A DNA stretch of 64,000 bases from positions 137,244 to 201,243 of the forward strand of contig CAWBYM010000001.1 of assembly GCA_963792945.1 (NCBI GenBank). The letters are read 5' to 3'. The DNA is from an uncultured delta proteobacterium (lineage in GTDB: Bacteria > Desulfobacterota > Desulfobacteria > Desulfobacterales > SG8-13). Numbering within the stretch: the stretch's first letter is position 1; every line of letters starts with the position of its first letter. The notes under the pieces were generated by a model. That model was given only the letters and a program-made list of their open reading frames with translations. It made no database searches and was not told the DNA's origin. The translations under genes and the position numbers were made by a program. Positions 22,761 through 33,188 of the stretch are shown here, piece by piece.

Positions 22761-23648
22761 ATGGCCGGCATTTTTTACCGGGTATTGATCTTGCTGTCCC
22801 GAATTTTCGGACAATGGTTGTTTGACATCGTTGCCAGGGGGATCGCTGCCGGTTACTTTTTTCTGTCGCCCCGCAAGGTGAGCACCGGGGCGGCGTTCTA
22901 CCGGGCGCTTTTTCCGGCACAAAGCCGGCTGACTCACCTCTGGTGTACCTGGAAGCAGTTTCAGAACTTTACCAGTGTCTACATTGACCGACTTTTGGCC
23001 AAAGCAACCGATGAGATTGCCTGCACCCACACGGGATGGGAGCATATCGAAGATGCCGTCCGGCGCCATACCGGCGCTATCATCGTCATGTCCCACTTGG
23101 GCAACTGGGAGATCGCCGCGCATTTAATGGTTCGAAAATCCGAACAAATTAGAATCATGCTGTACATGGGCGCTCGGGCCAAAGCGGAAATCGAGCGTAT
23201 CCAAAAAGAGGACCTTGAGAAAAGGGGGGTCAAAATCGTTGCCGTCGAAAAAGGATGGGGTACACCCTTCGACCTAATGGAAGGATGGCGGTTTATCCAG
23301 TCGGGGGGGCTGGTGTCGATGACCGGCGACCTGGTGCGCGACTCCGGCCAGAGGACCGTGCCGGCCGTTTTTCTGGGACACGAGGTCCATCTGCCCGAGA
23401 CGCCCCACTTGTTGGCCATGCTTTCCGGGGCGCCGATTTTTTTCTTTTTTTCCCGTCGCACGGGCAACAAACGCTATCATGTCACCTTGTCGGAACCCCA
23501 TGCCATCGGTTCCGTACCTCGGTCTGAAAGATCCGCAGCCATGCGCCGATCGGCTCAAAAGTATGCCGATCTTTTAGAGGAAAACCTCCGCCGCAATCCG
23601 TTTGAGTGGTATCATTTTGAATCTTTTCTCGGAACGAAGCTGAGATGA
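22761..23648 (+). CDS. LpxL-like lipid A/lysophospholipid acyltransferase
   Basis: SHLGNWE catalytic motif, C-terminal PFEWYHF; AAGGAG RBS. Confidence 0.85.
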   Translation: MAGIFYRVLILLSRIFGQWLFDIVARGIAAGYFFLSPRKVSTGAAFYRALFPAQSRLTHLWCTWKQFQNFTSVYIDRLLAKATDEIACTHTGWEHIEDAVRRHTGAIIVMSHLGNWEIAAHLMVRKSEQIRIMLYMGARAKAEIERIQKEDLEKRGVKIVAVEKGWGTPFDLMEGWRFIQSGGLVSMTGDLVRDSGQRTVPAVFLGHEVHLPETPHLLAMLSGAPIFFFFSRRTGNKRYHVTLSEPHAIGSVPRSERSAAMRRSAQKYADLLEENLRRNPFEWYHFESFLGTKLR

Positions 23649-23747
23649 TGCGGATCATTTGGTGGGCCTATCGATAGTTTTTGAATTCGGTATTGAATTG
23701 GTGTATGAATGACCCTCGTGTTTAAAATCCGGCGATGAGACGATGCT

Positions 23748-24050
23748 ATGAAACGCGATGAGATCCAAGCGGCTATCTTAAAAATATTCAGTGAAAATTT
23801 CGAAATCGACGCCCCCGGCATGGATGAGGATTTGAGGGATACTTACGAATTCGACAGCATAGATGCCATCGAACTGCTGCGCGAGATCGAGATTCTTCTC
23901 GACACCCGCCTGACTCGACCGGAAAAAAAGAGTGCCATGGAGATTCGGACGATCAGCCAGATCGTCGACTACGTAGAGACGCTATATTTGGCCAGAGCGT
24001 CCGCCGGGTCCTTCGAATTCGAGGGACGTCAAAGACCGGCGGGAAAATGA
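23748..24050 (+). CDS. Acyl carrier protein 1
   Basis: Acidic small protein with FDSIDAIEL phosphopantetheine site. Confidence 0.88.
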   Translation: MKRDEIQAAILKIFSENFEIDAPGMDEDLRDTYEFDSIDAIELLREIEILLDTRLTRPEKKSAMEIRTISQIVDYVETLYLARASAGSFEFEGRQRPAGK

Positions 24051-25288
24051 CGGCAAGAAGAGTTGTAATAACCGGCCGCGGTGCGATAACGCCCATCGGA
24101 CGCACCCGGGCTGACATCCTGCACCATCTGACCGAAGGAATATCCGGAGTCAAAAAGCTGCGTTCCGACGGGCTTCTCACCGACCATATCCACTCCGGCG
24201 TCTACGGGACGGTAGACTATCCTATCGAATACGACTTCAAGCGCAGTCACAGTAAAACAATGGGACCGGTATCCTACTATGCCTGCCAGGTGGCCAAGGA
24301 GGCGCTGGAATCCTCGGGTGTCGACGCGGAATTTATCACTTCGGGGCGTCTCGGAGTCGCGTTCGGGTCGACCCATGGCAGTCCATCGGTTCAACGGAGT
24401 ATATACAAAACGTTTTTCAGTGAATCGAAGCAGCAATTTTCTTCCATCGGTGCAGTCGATTATCTCAAATCCATGGTCCACACAACGGCCGTGAACATCA
24501 CCAAGATGTTCGGTATCACCGGCAGGGTCATATCCTCGTCGACAGCCTGCACCACCAGCAGCCAATCCATCGGTTTCGGGTATGAAACGGTAAAGTACGG
24601 TATGCAGGACGCCATGCTGTGCGGCGGGGCCGACGAGTACGATACGACCACCGTGGCCGTATTCGACAACCTGCTGGCCTGCTCCACGGAATTTAACCAG
24701 ACACCGCATATGACCCCCCGGCCCTTTGATGTCCGGCGGGACGGTTTGGTCGTCGGTGAAGGCGCCGGAGCCGTATTGCTCGAAGAATATGAACACGCCA
24801 AGAACCGCGGGGCCGATATCCTCGGTGAAGTGATCGGGTTCTCCTGCAATAACAACGGCGGGGATCTGATTCTGCCCAACAGCCGGGGGATAACCGATAC
24901 GATCAAACTGGCCCTGCAGGATGCCGCCATCGATCCAGCCAGGGTCGATTTTATCAGCGCCCATGCCACCGCGACCAAAATGGGTGACGTGATCGAGGCT
25001 CAGGCCATCGGAAGCATATACGGAGACGGGCCGTTGGTCGCCGGATTGAAGAGTTACATGGGACATACCATGGGGTCCTGCGGTGTAATAGAGGCCATCA
25101 TCACCCTGTTTATGATGGAGGAGGGCCTGGTGCCCCCGACGCTGAACTTGGACGAAATCGATCGGCGCTGTGCCATGATTCGGCACCCCGGCAGCATTGT
25201 CGAGAAGAAGATTCGGATTGCGGCGGTCCAGAATTTTGCCTTCGGCGGTGTTAACACCTGCCTGCTCCTCAAAAATTTCGGCGTGTAA
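24047..25288 (+). CDS. Beta-ketoacyl-ACP synthase (FabF/ApeR-like)
   Basis: SSTAC (Cys), SAHAT (His), GHTMG (His), NFAFGG; HTTAVN..FGITGR pattern resembles aryl-polyene KS. Confidence 0.9.
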   Translation: MTARRVVITGRGAITPIGRTRADILHHLTEGISGVKKLRSDGLLTDHIHSGVYGTVDYPIEYDFKRSHSKTMGPVSYYACQVAKEALESSGVDAEFITSGRLGVAFGSTHGSPSVQRSIYKTFFSESKQQFSSIGAVDYLKSMVHTTAVNITKMFGITGRVISSSTACTTSSQSIGFGYETVKYGMQDAMLCGGADEYDTTTVAVFDNLLACSTEFNQTPHMTPRPFDVRRDGLVVGEGAGAVLLEEYEHAKNRGADILGEVIGFSCNNNGGDLILPNSRGITDTIKLALQDAAIDPARVDFISAHATATKMGDVIEAQAIGSIYGDGPLVAGLKSYMGHTMGSCGVIEAIITLFMMEEGLVPPTLNLDEIDRRCAMIRHPGSIVEKKIRIAAVQNFAFGGVNTCLLLKNFGV

Positions 25289-25305
25289 ACATCCGGGCGG
25301 TATAA

Positions 25306-26112
25306 ATGGAAGGCGGAGAAGAACCCAGGAAGGATCGACGATTTCAATCGACTGTCGATTTCGGCGTCACCTTGCTGCTGTGGTCATATTTTACAGCCGG
25401 GTTTCTTTTCTTCTTCTCTCCGTTCTATTTGTGCGCTTTTTTCTTCTCCGCAAACCGTGAGCGGTCTTTCCAGCGGCTCAACAGCCGATTCTACAGAGTT
25501 TTTTTTGCCCTAACGCGTTTGCTTTTACCGGGGCACCGTTGGCGGGTTTCCCCTGCTGTGGCGGGTATTCGGTCGTCGGTTGTCGTGTGCAACCACCGGT
25601 CCTATCTCGACTCGATCTTCCTGATCTCCTTGTACGAGAAGCACAATACGATCGTTAAGAGCCGCTTGATGGACATTCCGGTCTTCGGGAGGATGCTGCA
25701 GTTGTCCGGGTACTTACCCTCTTCCGCTGAGGGGCGGTTCGGCGAAATGATGTTCGAGCGGATCGAAGGGATGGATAGATTCCTGAACGAGGGAGGGAAC
25801 CTGATTATTTTTCCCGAGGGGACCCGCACCAAAACGGGAAGGATCGGCAGGCTCAACAAGGGGGCCTTCAAGCTGGCCCGGCGTTGCCGGGTGCCGATCG
25901 CCGTTCTTTTCATCCGCAACACCGAAAAAATGTTTCGTCCCGGGTCTTTTTCTTTCGATACCCGGGGTCCCAACACCATCCATCTCGAATTGATCGGCCG
26001 TATCGACGCGGAGGAGGTGAGGGCGGTCGGGGATATGAAAGCGGTGATGGCCAGGGTCCGCACAATGCTCGAAAACGAGAACGATAAAAAACGGTTGGAC
26101 ACCGGGTTATAG
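25306..26112 (+). CDS. PlsC-family lysophospholipid acyltransferase
   Basis: NHRSYLD and FPEGTR motifs, N-terminal TM segment. Confidence 0.9.
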   Translation: MEGGEEPRKDRRFQSTVDFGVTLLLWSYFTAGFLFFFSPFYLCAFFFSANRERSFQRLNSRFYRVFFALTRLLLPGHRWRVSPAVAGIRSSVVVCNHRSYLDSIFLISLYEKHNTIVKSRLMDIPVFGRMLQLSGYLPSSAEGRFGEMMFERIEGMDRFLNEGGNLIIFPEGTRTKTGRIGRLNKGAFKLARRCRVPIAVLFIRNTEKMFRPGSFSFDTRGPNTIHLELIGRIDAEEVRAVGDMKAVMARVRTMLENENDKKRLDTGL

Positions 26113-26337
26113 TTCGGACATCTTCAACCCGGCAGGAGGCCGCTGACGATCGTCGAGGACACCTTGGCTTGATAAAACATCACCCCACAGACCGGCTGCT
26201 CCATAAATCCTCATGGAAAACCGCTTTGGTGATTCACTAACCATTCCTCCGGCTTTGACGGAGACCGTAGACTCAAGGTCGATTTTTGTCGCAGCGCGGT
26301 GCAAATGCGACGGACCTTGCTTTAGTCGAGGGAGATT

Positions 26338-27837
26338 ATGAAAATCCTATTAATGTCAATGCCGGATGTGGCACCGGTCATTATGCACGAGAGTGCCTTT
26401 CACATGCCGAACCACGGCATAGCGAGCATCGGTGGTAATATCGATGACGGACACCATGTCTATATTGCCGATTTGATCCGCAAACGGCGGCACGTGGGTC
26501 AATATGTGGCCCGGCTGATGGAAAAAATACAGCCGGATCTGGTCGGCCTGTCGGCCATGGCCTGGCAGTTCAAAACATGCATCAAACTGATCAAGCTGAT
26601 CCGGCGTTCAATGCCGGAAGTTAAAATAGTCATCGGTGGATATCATGCGACTTTGATGTACGAGGAGATTGCCGATTCGGACGAGTCGTTGCTGATCGAT
26701 TTCATTGTTCGGGGGGAAGGCGAGGACGCTTTTCGGCGGCTTGTCAATGCGCTGACTGGCAGAGACAGGCTCGCTGACATTCCCTCGCTTTCATTCAAGG
26801 AGGGTCATCGATTCATCCACAACCCGAGAGCCGATCTCCTCGATCTGGCCAAATTGAAACCGCCCATCCGGGACAAGCGCCGGCTGACCTGGGGGTATCA
26901 CATCCTGAACAACAAAGTCGAATTGATCGAAACCTCCCGAGGTTGTACACGGGCGTGCAGTTTTTGCAGCATGAAGCACATGTACGGCCGCACTTTCCGT
27001 CCCTTTCCGCTGGAGCGGATTCTGAAAGACATCGATGACATCGTCTTCAATCGCAAAACCCACTGGGTATTTGTGGTTGACGACAATCTCGTTCTGGTAC
27101 CGGACAGGGTTGTGGAGCTATGCGATGCCATTATCGCTCGCCGATACCGCAACCTGAACTTCGTCGTTCAGGCGGATTGTGTGACCATGTCCAGGAACGA
27201 GGCGATGGTAAAAAAAATGGCGCAAGCAGGATTCAAGACCGTTTTTCTTGGAATCGAAAACGTCTCGAGCAAAAACCTGAAAACGGCGGGGAAAGGCGAT
27301 ATTGTCGAAGCCTCCCGCAAGGCCGTCGCCCTCTGCCACAGTTACGGTATCATGGTCGTGGGCGGTATGATATTCGGATTTCCAGACGATGACGAGCAAG
27401 ACATCATCGAGAATTACCGTTTTCTCCAATCGATCCAGGCGGATACGTCTTACTGTCAGATTCTGACCCCTTACCCCAAAACGGCCATGCGCCGGCAGTT
27501 GATCGAACAGCAACTGGTGACAAACAAGGACGATTTCTCCCGGTACAACGGGATGTGGGCCAACGTGAAAACCCGCCATCTCAGTTCGGAGCAGCTTCAG
27601 TACTTGGTCTGGTACCACCGGCAGAAGGTTCTGGGGTGGTGGGAACCATCGGAGAGGGTCCGGCGGAGAGGCCGTCTGTGGACGTCGATCTGGATCTATG
27701 GTTTTAAACCGTTTCTGAAAATTTACCTCGGTCGAAGACAGCGAAAATTGGGCTGGAAAGGGCGGTACGATATGGAACTGAAGCGGCTGCCGGAGATCAA
27801 CAGGTTTCCCGATTTGGAACAGGTACAGCGCGGATAG
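26338..27837 (+). CDS. Cobalamin-binding radical SAM protein 1
   Basis: B12 domain (PDLVGLS, GGYHAT, GEGE); TSRGCTRACSFC; GIE; LTPYPKT. Confidence 0.9.
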   Translation: MKILLMSMPDVAPVIMHESAFHMPNHGIASIGGNIDDGHHVYIADLIRKRRHVGQYVARLMEKIQPDLVGLSAMAWQFKTCIKLIKLIRRSMPEVKIVIGGYHATLMYEEIADSDESLLIDFIVRGEGEDAFRRLVNALTGRDRLADIPSLSFKEGHRFIHNPRADLLDLAKLKPPIRDKRRLTWGYHILNNKVELIETSRGCTRACSFCSMKHMYGRTFRPFPLERILKDIDDIVFNRKTHWVFVVDDNLVLVPDRVVELCDAIIARRYRNLNFVVQADCVTMSRNEAMVKKMAQAGFKTVFLGIENVSSKNLKTAGKGDIVEASRKAVALCHSYGIMVVGGMIFGFPDDDEQDIIENYRFLQSIQADTSYCQILTPYPKTAMRRQLIEQQLVTNKDDFSRYNGMWANVKTRHLSSEQLQYLVWYHRQKVLGWWEPSERVRRRGRLWTSIWIYGFKPFLKIYLGRRQRKLGWKGRYDMELKRLPEINRFPDLEQVQRG

Positions 27838-27846
27838 AGATTTTCC

Positions 27847-28968
27847 ATGCACGATGCCTACATCGTCAAACACGACATTGTGACCGGTCTAGGTGACAGC
27901 CTGGCGGAGAATTGGGCCAAGTTGCTGACCGGGTCCAGTGCCATAGATGATGTCAAACGGTTTCCCGTCGCGGGGTTCAGCGGCCGCAAGGCGTCCTGCA
28001 CGGCCCATCCGCCTGCTGCAGGAGAGAACCGGGTGTGCGCCCTGACCCGCCTGGCGCTTGACCGGGTGAAACCGGTCCCGCCTGGAACGGGCATCGTTTG
28101 GGCGGGGATCAAAGGCGGTGCGGAATTTATCGAAGCCGGCGGGAAGACAGACATGCCCTACCTGCCGGCGCACTACCGCAAATGGGTGGCGGAGAAGCTG
28201 GGCATCGCTGACCGCGGGCTGGAAGTCAATGCCGCCTGTGCCTCCTCCACCGTCGGAATGATCGTTGCGGCGCAGAAAATTGCCCGGGGGGAATTCGGGT
28301 CGATCCTGGTGTGTGCGGCGGATGTCGTCACCGGTTTCGTTTTCAGCGGGTTTTCGGCCCTGAGGGCTCTTTCATCGACGTCGTGCCGTCCATTCGACCG
28401 ACGCCGGGACGGCATGTGCATCGGGGACGGTGCCGTGGCGATCTTATTGGCCGATGCCGCCACTGCACGGAAATACCGCCTGGATAGATTGGCACGCATG
28501 GCCGGGTGGGGTGTCTCCAACGACGCCAATCACATCACCGGGCCTGCCCGGGATGGCGGTGGATTGATCAAGGCCATCGAGACGGCCTTGATTCGGGCCG
28601 GCTTGCAGCCGGCCGAGGTTCAAGCCTACTGCGCTCATGGCACGGGAACCGTTTTCAACGATGCCATGGAACTGGCGGCCATCGAAACGGTTTTCGGCGA
28701 CCGTCGTTTCCCGGTCTTTTCGGTCAAGGGCGCGGTCGGGCACACATTGGGGGCTGCCGGCGGCATCGATGCATCGATTTGCGTGAAGGCCCTGCACAAC
28801 AGGCGAGTTCCGCCCACCGCTGGCGTGGAGATACCGGAGACAGATGCTGTCGGACGGGTGTCGGACCAGGCCCAGTCGTTCGGCGGACAGACGATATTAA
28901 CAACCAATTCCGGTTTCGGTGGTGTCAATGCCGCTGTCTTGCTCAGCACGACGGGGTCATCGGGATAG
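27847..28968 (+). CDS. Beta-ketoacyl-ACP synthase (short KS)
   Basis: NAACASS, AHGTGT, GHTLGAAG, NSGFGG. Confidence 0.88.
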   Translation: MHDAYIVKHDIVTGLGDSLAENWAKLLTGSSAIDDVKRFPVAGFSGRKASCTAHPPAAGENRVCALTRLALDRVKPVPPGTGIVWAGIKGGAEFIEAGGKTDMPYLPAHYRKWVAEKLGIADRGLEVNAACASSTVGMIVAAQKIARGEFGSILVCAADVVTGFVFSGFSALRALSSTSCRPFDRRRDGMCIGDGAVAILLADAATARKYRLDRLARMAGWGVSNDANHITGPARDGGGLIKAIETALIRAGLQPAEVQAYCAHGTGTVFNDAMELAAIETVFGDRRFPVFSVKGAVGHTLGAAGGIDASICVKALHNRRVPPTAGVEIPETDAVGRVSDQAQSFGGQTILTTNSGFGGVNAAVLLSTTGSSG

Positions 28969-29006
28969 GGTCGCTAACACCTGCCATCGGATCCAGGCAC
29001 ACAATC

Positions 29007-29711
29007 ATGGAAGTCAACGTTGTCGGCGGTGGTTGGGTGACAGCCGTCAATTTCGGTAGAATGAGGGAAGTGACCGGTCGAAGCAGGCCGGTACTGAGGG
29101 CTGGGGATCCGGTGATTCCGCCAGCCAGCGTCATCTATGCGCAACGGCCGGCTCGGTACCGGCGGTTTGACGCCTATTCGCGGACCGGCTGCGCAGCCAT
29201 CGCACTGGCTCTGAAAGATGCGGGTTTGGACCGGAGCGGTAGCCGGCAGCCCATCGGCATCGTTGCCGCCACGCGCTACGGGTGTTTCGATACAGACCAG
29301 GCGTTTCACGACACCGCCAAAGAGGGCGGCGGCATCTTTGCCAGTCCGAACCTTTTTTCCTTCACGCTTCCGGGTATCGCCCTGGGCGAGGCGGCGATCC
29401 ATTTCCAACTCACGGGTCCGGTGTTTACCGTAGGCGATACGGCCGAGAACAGGGGGTGCTCGGCACTCGGCGTCGCCGCCGATCTGCTGGCATGCGGTCC
29501 ATGGCATACCGTTATCGCCGGTTGGCTCGATGTCTGGAAACAGCCGTTTGAAGAAAAACCGGCCCAGGGAGACATGCTCCAGGGCGGTATCTTTGTGGTC
29601 TTGTCGACGGTGGACCGGAAAAGATGCGCCCGGAGGATCCGGCAGGTGGGGCCCCGAATGGTTACGACGTCCGGCGCCGCTGTGCGCAACATTGCGGACC
29701 TTTTCGCCTGA
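29007..29711 (+). CDS. KS N-terminal-only protein, chain-length-factor-like
   Basis: RYRRFD, ASPNLFSFTLP; no catalytic His pair; follows a KS. Confidence 0.75.
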   Translation: MEVNVVGGGWVTAVNFGRMREVTGRSRPVLRAGDPVIPPASVIYAQRPARYRRFDAYSRTGCAAIALALKDAGLDRSGSRQPIGIVAATRYGCFDTDQAFHDTAKEGGGIFASPNLFSFTLPGIALGEAAIHFQLTGPVFTVGDTAENRGCSALGVAADLLACGPWHTVIAGWLDVWKQPFEEKPAQGDMLQGGIFVVLSTVDRKRCARRIRQVGPRMVTTSGAAVRNIADLFA

Positions 29712-29733
29712 TGACGGGATCACGCCCCGGGCG

Positions 29734-30999
29734 CTATCCGGCAATCGGCTTGCCGAACGCTTTCTTGGCCAGGCTGCGGTTCCGAGGCGTGAACGTGTTG
29801 TCTTCCAATTCCTTGCGGACGACCTGCTGAAAAAGCCGGAACATTTTGATCTGCTGCGGTTGGTCGCGGTAGAATACATCCCAGGCATACGCGAGAAGTT
29901 CCTGCAGTCTTTCGGGTGACATGTGCCTGGGTCGATAGACGACCTTGTCGGCCGAGTAGTCATTCCAGTCGTGGGAGATAATCCGGTTCTGGCGCGCCAG
30001 ATCATCAAACACCCGCGTGTGCGGAAACGGGGTCAGTACCGTGAATTCGGCCAGATCGAGTTCTATGTCCAGCAGAAAATCGATCAGAGTCTTGATGCCG
30101 TCTTCGGTGTGCTCGTCCAACCCGAGCAGGATCGTGCCCTCGACGGCGATACCGTGGTCGTGATAGCGTTTGATCCGCTCGCGAATATAATCCGAGGTAT
30201 CGAATACCGCTTGGTAAACATACCATGCGCCGGCGCGGGCCGCCAAATCGAGGACCTCGGGTTTGTCTTCTATCGGGTGGCTGCACCATTTTTTCTTCAA
30301 GGGGATCATCTCCCGGAAGAGATCCATTTCCCAACGGGTATCCTGGGCCAGGGAATTGTCGACCAGAAACAAACGGTTGTTGTCGATAGCGGCCATCTCC
30401 GTGATTGTTTTCTCGATCGGCCGGGGTCGGAATTCTCTTCCGCCCAGGTAGGCAACCGCGCACGGATAGCAGTTGTAGCGGCATCCGCGTGAAGCATGCA
30501 CCAGATCGACCATCTGGATGCCACGGTAATTGTAGAATTCTTTTTTCAGCAGCTCGCGCCGGGCCGGGCCCACCGTCTCGATCGGTGGGCGCTGGTCGAG
30601 ATAATCGTAAACTTTTTTCAATTCGCCCTTGCGCCAGTCTGAAATTACCATGGCCATTCGCCCCTCGGCTTCCCCGAGAAAAACGGCGTCGGCGTGAAGT
30701 TGGGTTTCCTCGGCATGGAGCATGGCGGCAATGCCGCCGCAAATAACCTGCAGTCCTCTTGCACGATAAGTGTCGGCAATCTCCCAGCCCCGTTTGACCT
30801 GCACCGTCAACATCATGGAGATGCCGACAAAATCGACCGGATCATCAAAATCGATTCTTTCCACGTTTTCGTCGATAAACTCGACCGCCACATCGTCCGG
30901 CAACGCAGCGGCAAACACTACCGGGCCATGAGGCGGCAGGTGAAATTCGGTTTGCCGGTCCAGCTTCGGCCATTTTGGGTAGATCAAACGAAACTTCAT
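29734..30999 (-). CDS. Cobalamin-binding radical SAM protein 2
   Basis: DFVGIS, GEAEG, ASRGCRYNCYPC, LTPFPHT. Confidence 0.88.
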   Translation of the reverse strand: MKFRLIYPKWPKLDRQTEFHLPPHGPVVFAAALPDDVAVEFIDENVERIDFDDPVDFVGISMMLTVQVKRGWEIADTYRARGLQVICGGIAAMLHAEETQLHADAVFLGEAEGRMAMVISDWRKGELKKVYDYLDQRPPIETVGPARRELLKKEFYNYRGIQMVDLVHASRGCRYNCYPCAVAYLGGREFRPRPIEKTITEMAAIDNNRLFLVDNSLAQDTRWEMDLFREMIPLKKKWCSHPIEDKPEVLDLAARAGAWYVYQAVFDTSDYIRERIKRYHDHGIAVEGTILLGLDEHTEDGIKTLIDFLLDIELDLAEFTVLTPFPHTRVFDDLARQNRIISHDWNDYSADKVVYRPRHMSPERLQELLAYAWDVFYRDQPQQIKMFRLFQQVVRKELEDNTFTPRNRSLAKKAFGKPIAG

Positions 31000-31067
31000 G
31001 AGGCCACTCTCGGGTGATTTACCGGACTCTCGGGGCCTTTTCAGTCACGGTGTCATATGGATGGGCT

Positions 31068-31730
31068 TCAGGGCCCCGTAGCCACGGCTTCCACCAATGT
31101 CATTCTGAGGGTGTAGTTTTGGCGCCCGTGGGCGGTCAGTGTGATGGTTTTCGGAAAAGCAGAGTCGTTCCATTTGCCGGCCGAACCGTTGACCGTGCGT
31201 TTCAGGCGCCGTTCACGGCCGTAGCGCCTCAGTTCCCAGGCGTCATCCCGGCGGCGGGCGACGTCGACGATGCCTCCGTCGGTGACCCGGTGACGGCACA
31301 CCAGGGATCCGTCGCCCGACGCGCCGAACTCGCTCATCGGTCCCTCGGGTTTGAAGAAGATCAGACGGATGTCATCCAAGAGGCCCGCTGGAAAATCGGC
31401 CGAGTCAAAGGGTGGAAACGCCCGGTGCACCTTGAGCTGTCCATCATATTCGGCGTCAAAAACCACCAGGCCTTCGACGGTCATGATCATGCTGCGGACC
31501 GTACGTTGCCGGGACGCGATGACAGTCAGTCCCATGGCGACAAATTGTCCGCCCCCAGACCGTTCGGCGGTGACGGTGTGTAAAAACTGCCAATTGCCAT
31601 CCGGAAAAACGCGGCCGCAACCCGCCGCCGGGCCGGATGGTGACATCGGGTTCAACGGCGTTATCACCGGAAGGTCGGCGCAGGACACCAGATAAAAGAA
31701 TGCTGCGGTCGCCAGCAAGGCGCGCTTCAC
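31068..31730 (-). CDS. Lipoprotein (DUF3261/ApeN-like)
   Basis: Signal peptide with LVSC lipobox; adjacent to LolA as in aryl-polyene-type clusters. Confidence 0.65.
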   Translation of the reverse strand: MKRALLATAAFFYLVSCADLPVITPLNPMSPSGPAAGCGRVFPDGNWQFLHTVTAERSGGGQFVAMGLTVIASRQRTVRSMIMTVEGLVVFDAEYDGQLKVHRAFPPFDSADFPAGLLDDIRLIFFKPEGPMSEFGASGDGSLVCRHRVTDGGIVDVARRRDDAWELRRYGRERRLKRTVNGSAGKWNDSAFPKTITLTAHGRQNYTLRMTLVEAVATGP

Positions 31731-32347
31731 GATTTTGTCCTGAACATCGCCTCGTCGATGGGCCGGTTGAGAACCGTATTCCTGAAGACGAGTCTGGTAA
31801 ACGATTCATCGGATTCATGAATAGTGACGGTATCGATGACTCCGGCGCGCGCGGACAGGGAGAGTTCGATTCGCTGAATCATTTTGGAAAAAGCCGCTTC
31901 CTTCGGAATCAGGACGATCTTCGAGTCGGGCTGCAGGGTGGCCGTGAACATGGGATTTTCATCGAATCGTCCACCGAGCCATTGGGAGATCTGCTCCAGG
32001 ACCATTTGCATGGCTTGGGGGTTGGCAGCGGCATCATTGACCATACCCTCGTCTGTTTCGACGAAGCGCGCCATACGGTTTCCGTGCATAATGAGAATAT
32101 TCTTCAGGGGCGCGCGGTATTCCCAGCGCAGGGACGCCGGTGCTTGAAAATAGAAAGCGCCGGACGAGACAAGCGGCCGAACGAGAATCCGCATATGCTT
32201 TTCCTGAACGAACTCAGCGCTGACCGAAGTCACCGTGCCGGCGGCGGACTTCAGCTCATCCCAGCTCGATCCCCAGCCGATGGAGAACCAGGCCGCCGTC
32301 AGCACCGCTGCGGTCCGCAACCCCTTGTTCCATCTCCGCGTCGTCAT
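31727..32347 (-). CDS. LolA-family lipoprotein carrier protein
   Basis: AEFVQEK, SSGAFYFQAPASLRWEY, C-terminal F..TVLNRPIDEAMF. Confidence 0.85.
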   Translation of the reverse strand: MTTRRWNKGLRTAAVLTAAWFSIGWGSSWDELKSAAGTVTSVSAEFVQEKHMRILVRPLVSSGAFYFQAPASLRWEYRAPLKNILIMHGNRMARFVETDEGMVNDAAANPQAMQMVLEQISQWLGGRFDENPMFTATLQPDSKIVLIPKEAAFSKMIQRIELSLSARAGVIDTVTIHESDESFTRLVFRNTVLNRPIDEAMFRTKS

Positions 32348-32367
32348 CGCTAATTCGGCTCCCTCGA

Positions 32368-33111
32368 TCAAAACATGCCCCCGTTGACCGAGATGACCTG
32401 ACCGGTGATGTATGACGCGTCATCCGAGCAGAGAAACCTCACGGTTTTGGCGACTTCCTCCGGCCGGCCGATCCGGGCCATAGGAATCATTGACTTGATG
32501 TTTTTCAGGGGGATGTCCTTTATCATATCCGTATCGATGAGGCCCGGGGCGACGACATTGATCCGGACGCCCAGACGGGCGACCTCGGAGGCGACCGCTC
32601 GGCTGGCACCGATGAGACCGGACTTCGCCGCTGAATAATTGGCCTGGCCTCTGTTGCCGACCAGGGCGGAGACGGAGGCCATGGAGACGATGGCCCCCCT
32701 CTTTCTGACCACCATGTTTTCGAGCACCGGTCGGGTGACATTGAAAAATCCGTTGAGGCTCGTATCGATGACCGAATGCCATTTTCTCCGCGAAAGCATG
32801 ACAAACAGCTCGTCAGCCGTGTTTCCGGCATTGTTGACCAAGATCTCGATCGGTCCATGATCGTCGATGATGCGACCGACGGCCGTTTGGGTGGCATCGT
32901 AATCGGTGACGTCGAACGGCATCAGCTCACCGCTTCCGCCCTGGTCTTCGACCAAGGCCAGCGTTTCCGCGGCGGCAGGGGTGCCGGACCGGTAATTGAC
33001 AATCACAAAATAACCGCAGCGCGCCAATTCCACGCATACGGCCCGGCCGATGCCTCTGCTTCCACCGGTGACGATGGCCGTTTTCTTGTCCGAATTTTCC
33101 GTCATTCCCAT
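32368..33111 (-). CDS. fabG: 3-oxoacyl-ACP reductase
   Basis: TGGSRGIG, NNAG, YSAAK, VAPGLIDTDM, ITGQVISVNGG. Confidence 0.92.
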   Translation of the reverse strand: MGMTENSDKKTAIVTGGSRGIGRAVCVELARCGYFVIVNYRSGTPAAAETLALVEDQGGSGELMPFDVTDYDATQTAVGRIIDDHGPIEILVNNAGNTADELFVMLSRRKWHSVIDTSLNGFFNVTRPVLENMVVRKRGAIVSMASVSALVGNRGQANYSAAKSGLIGASRAVASEVARLGVRINVVAPGLIDTDMIKDIPLKNIKSMIPMARIGRPEEVAKTVRFLCSDDASYITGQVISVNGGMF

Positions 33112-33188
33112 CCTCGCAACTGGTGATCAACCGTCGCCAAGTCAGCCGAGTGGGACCGATGCGGTATCAACGAATCCCTGACAGGCGG

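Noticed and set aside
26280-26320. Cobalamin riboswitch (GGTGCAAAT resembles its T-loop) before B12-rSAM1
   Set aside because: No AGGGAA, no GCCACTG B12 box, and the surrounding helices are missing.
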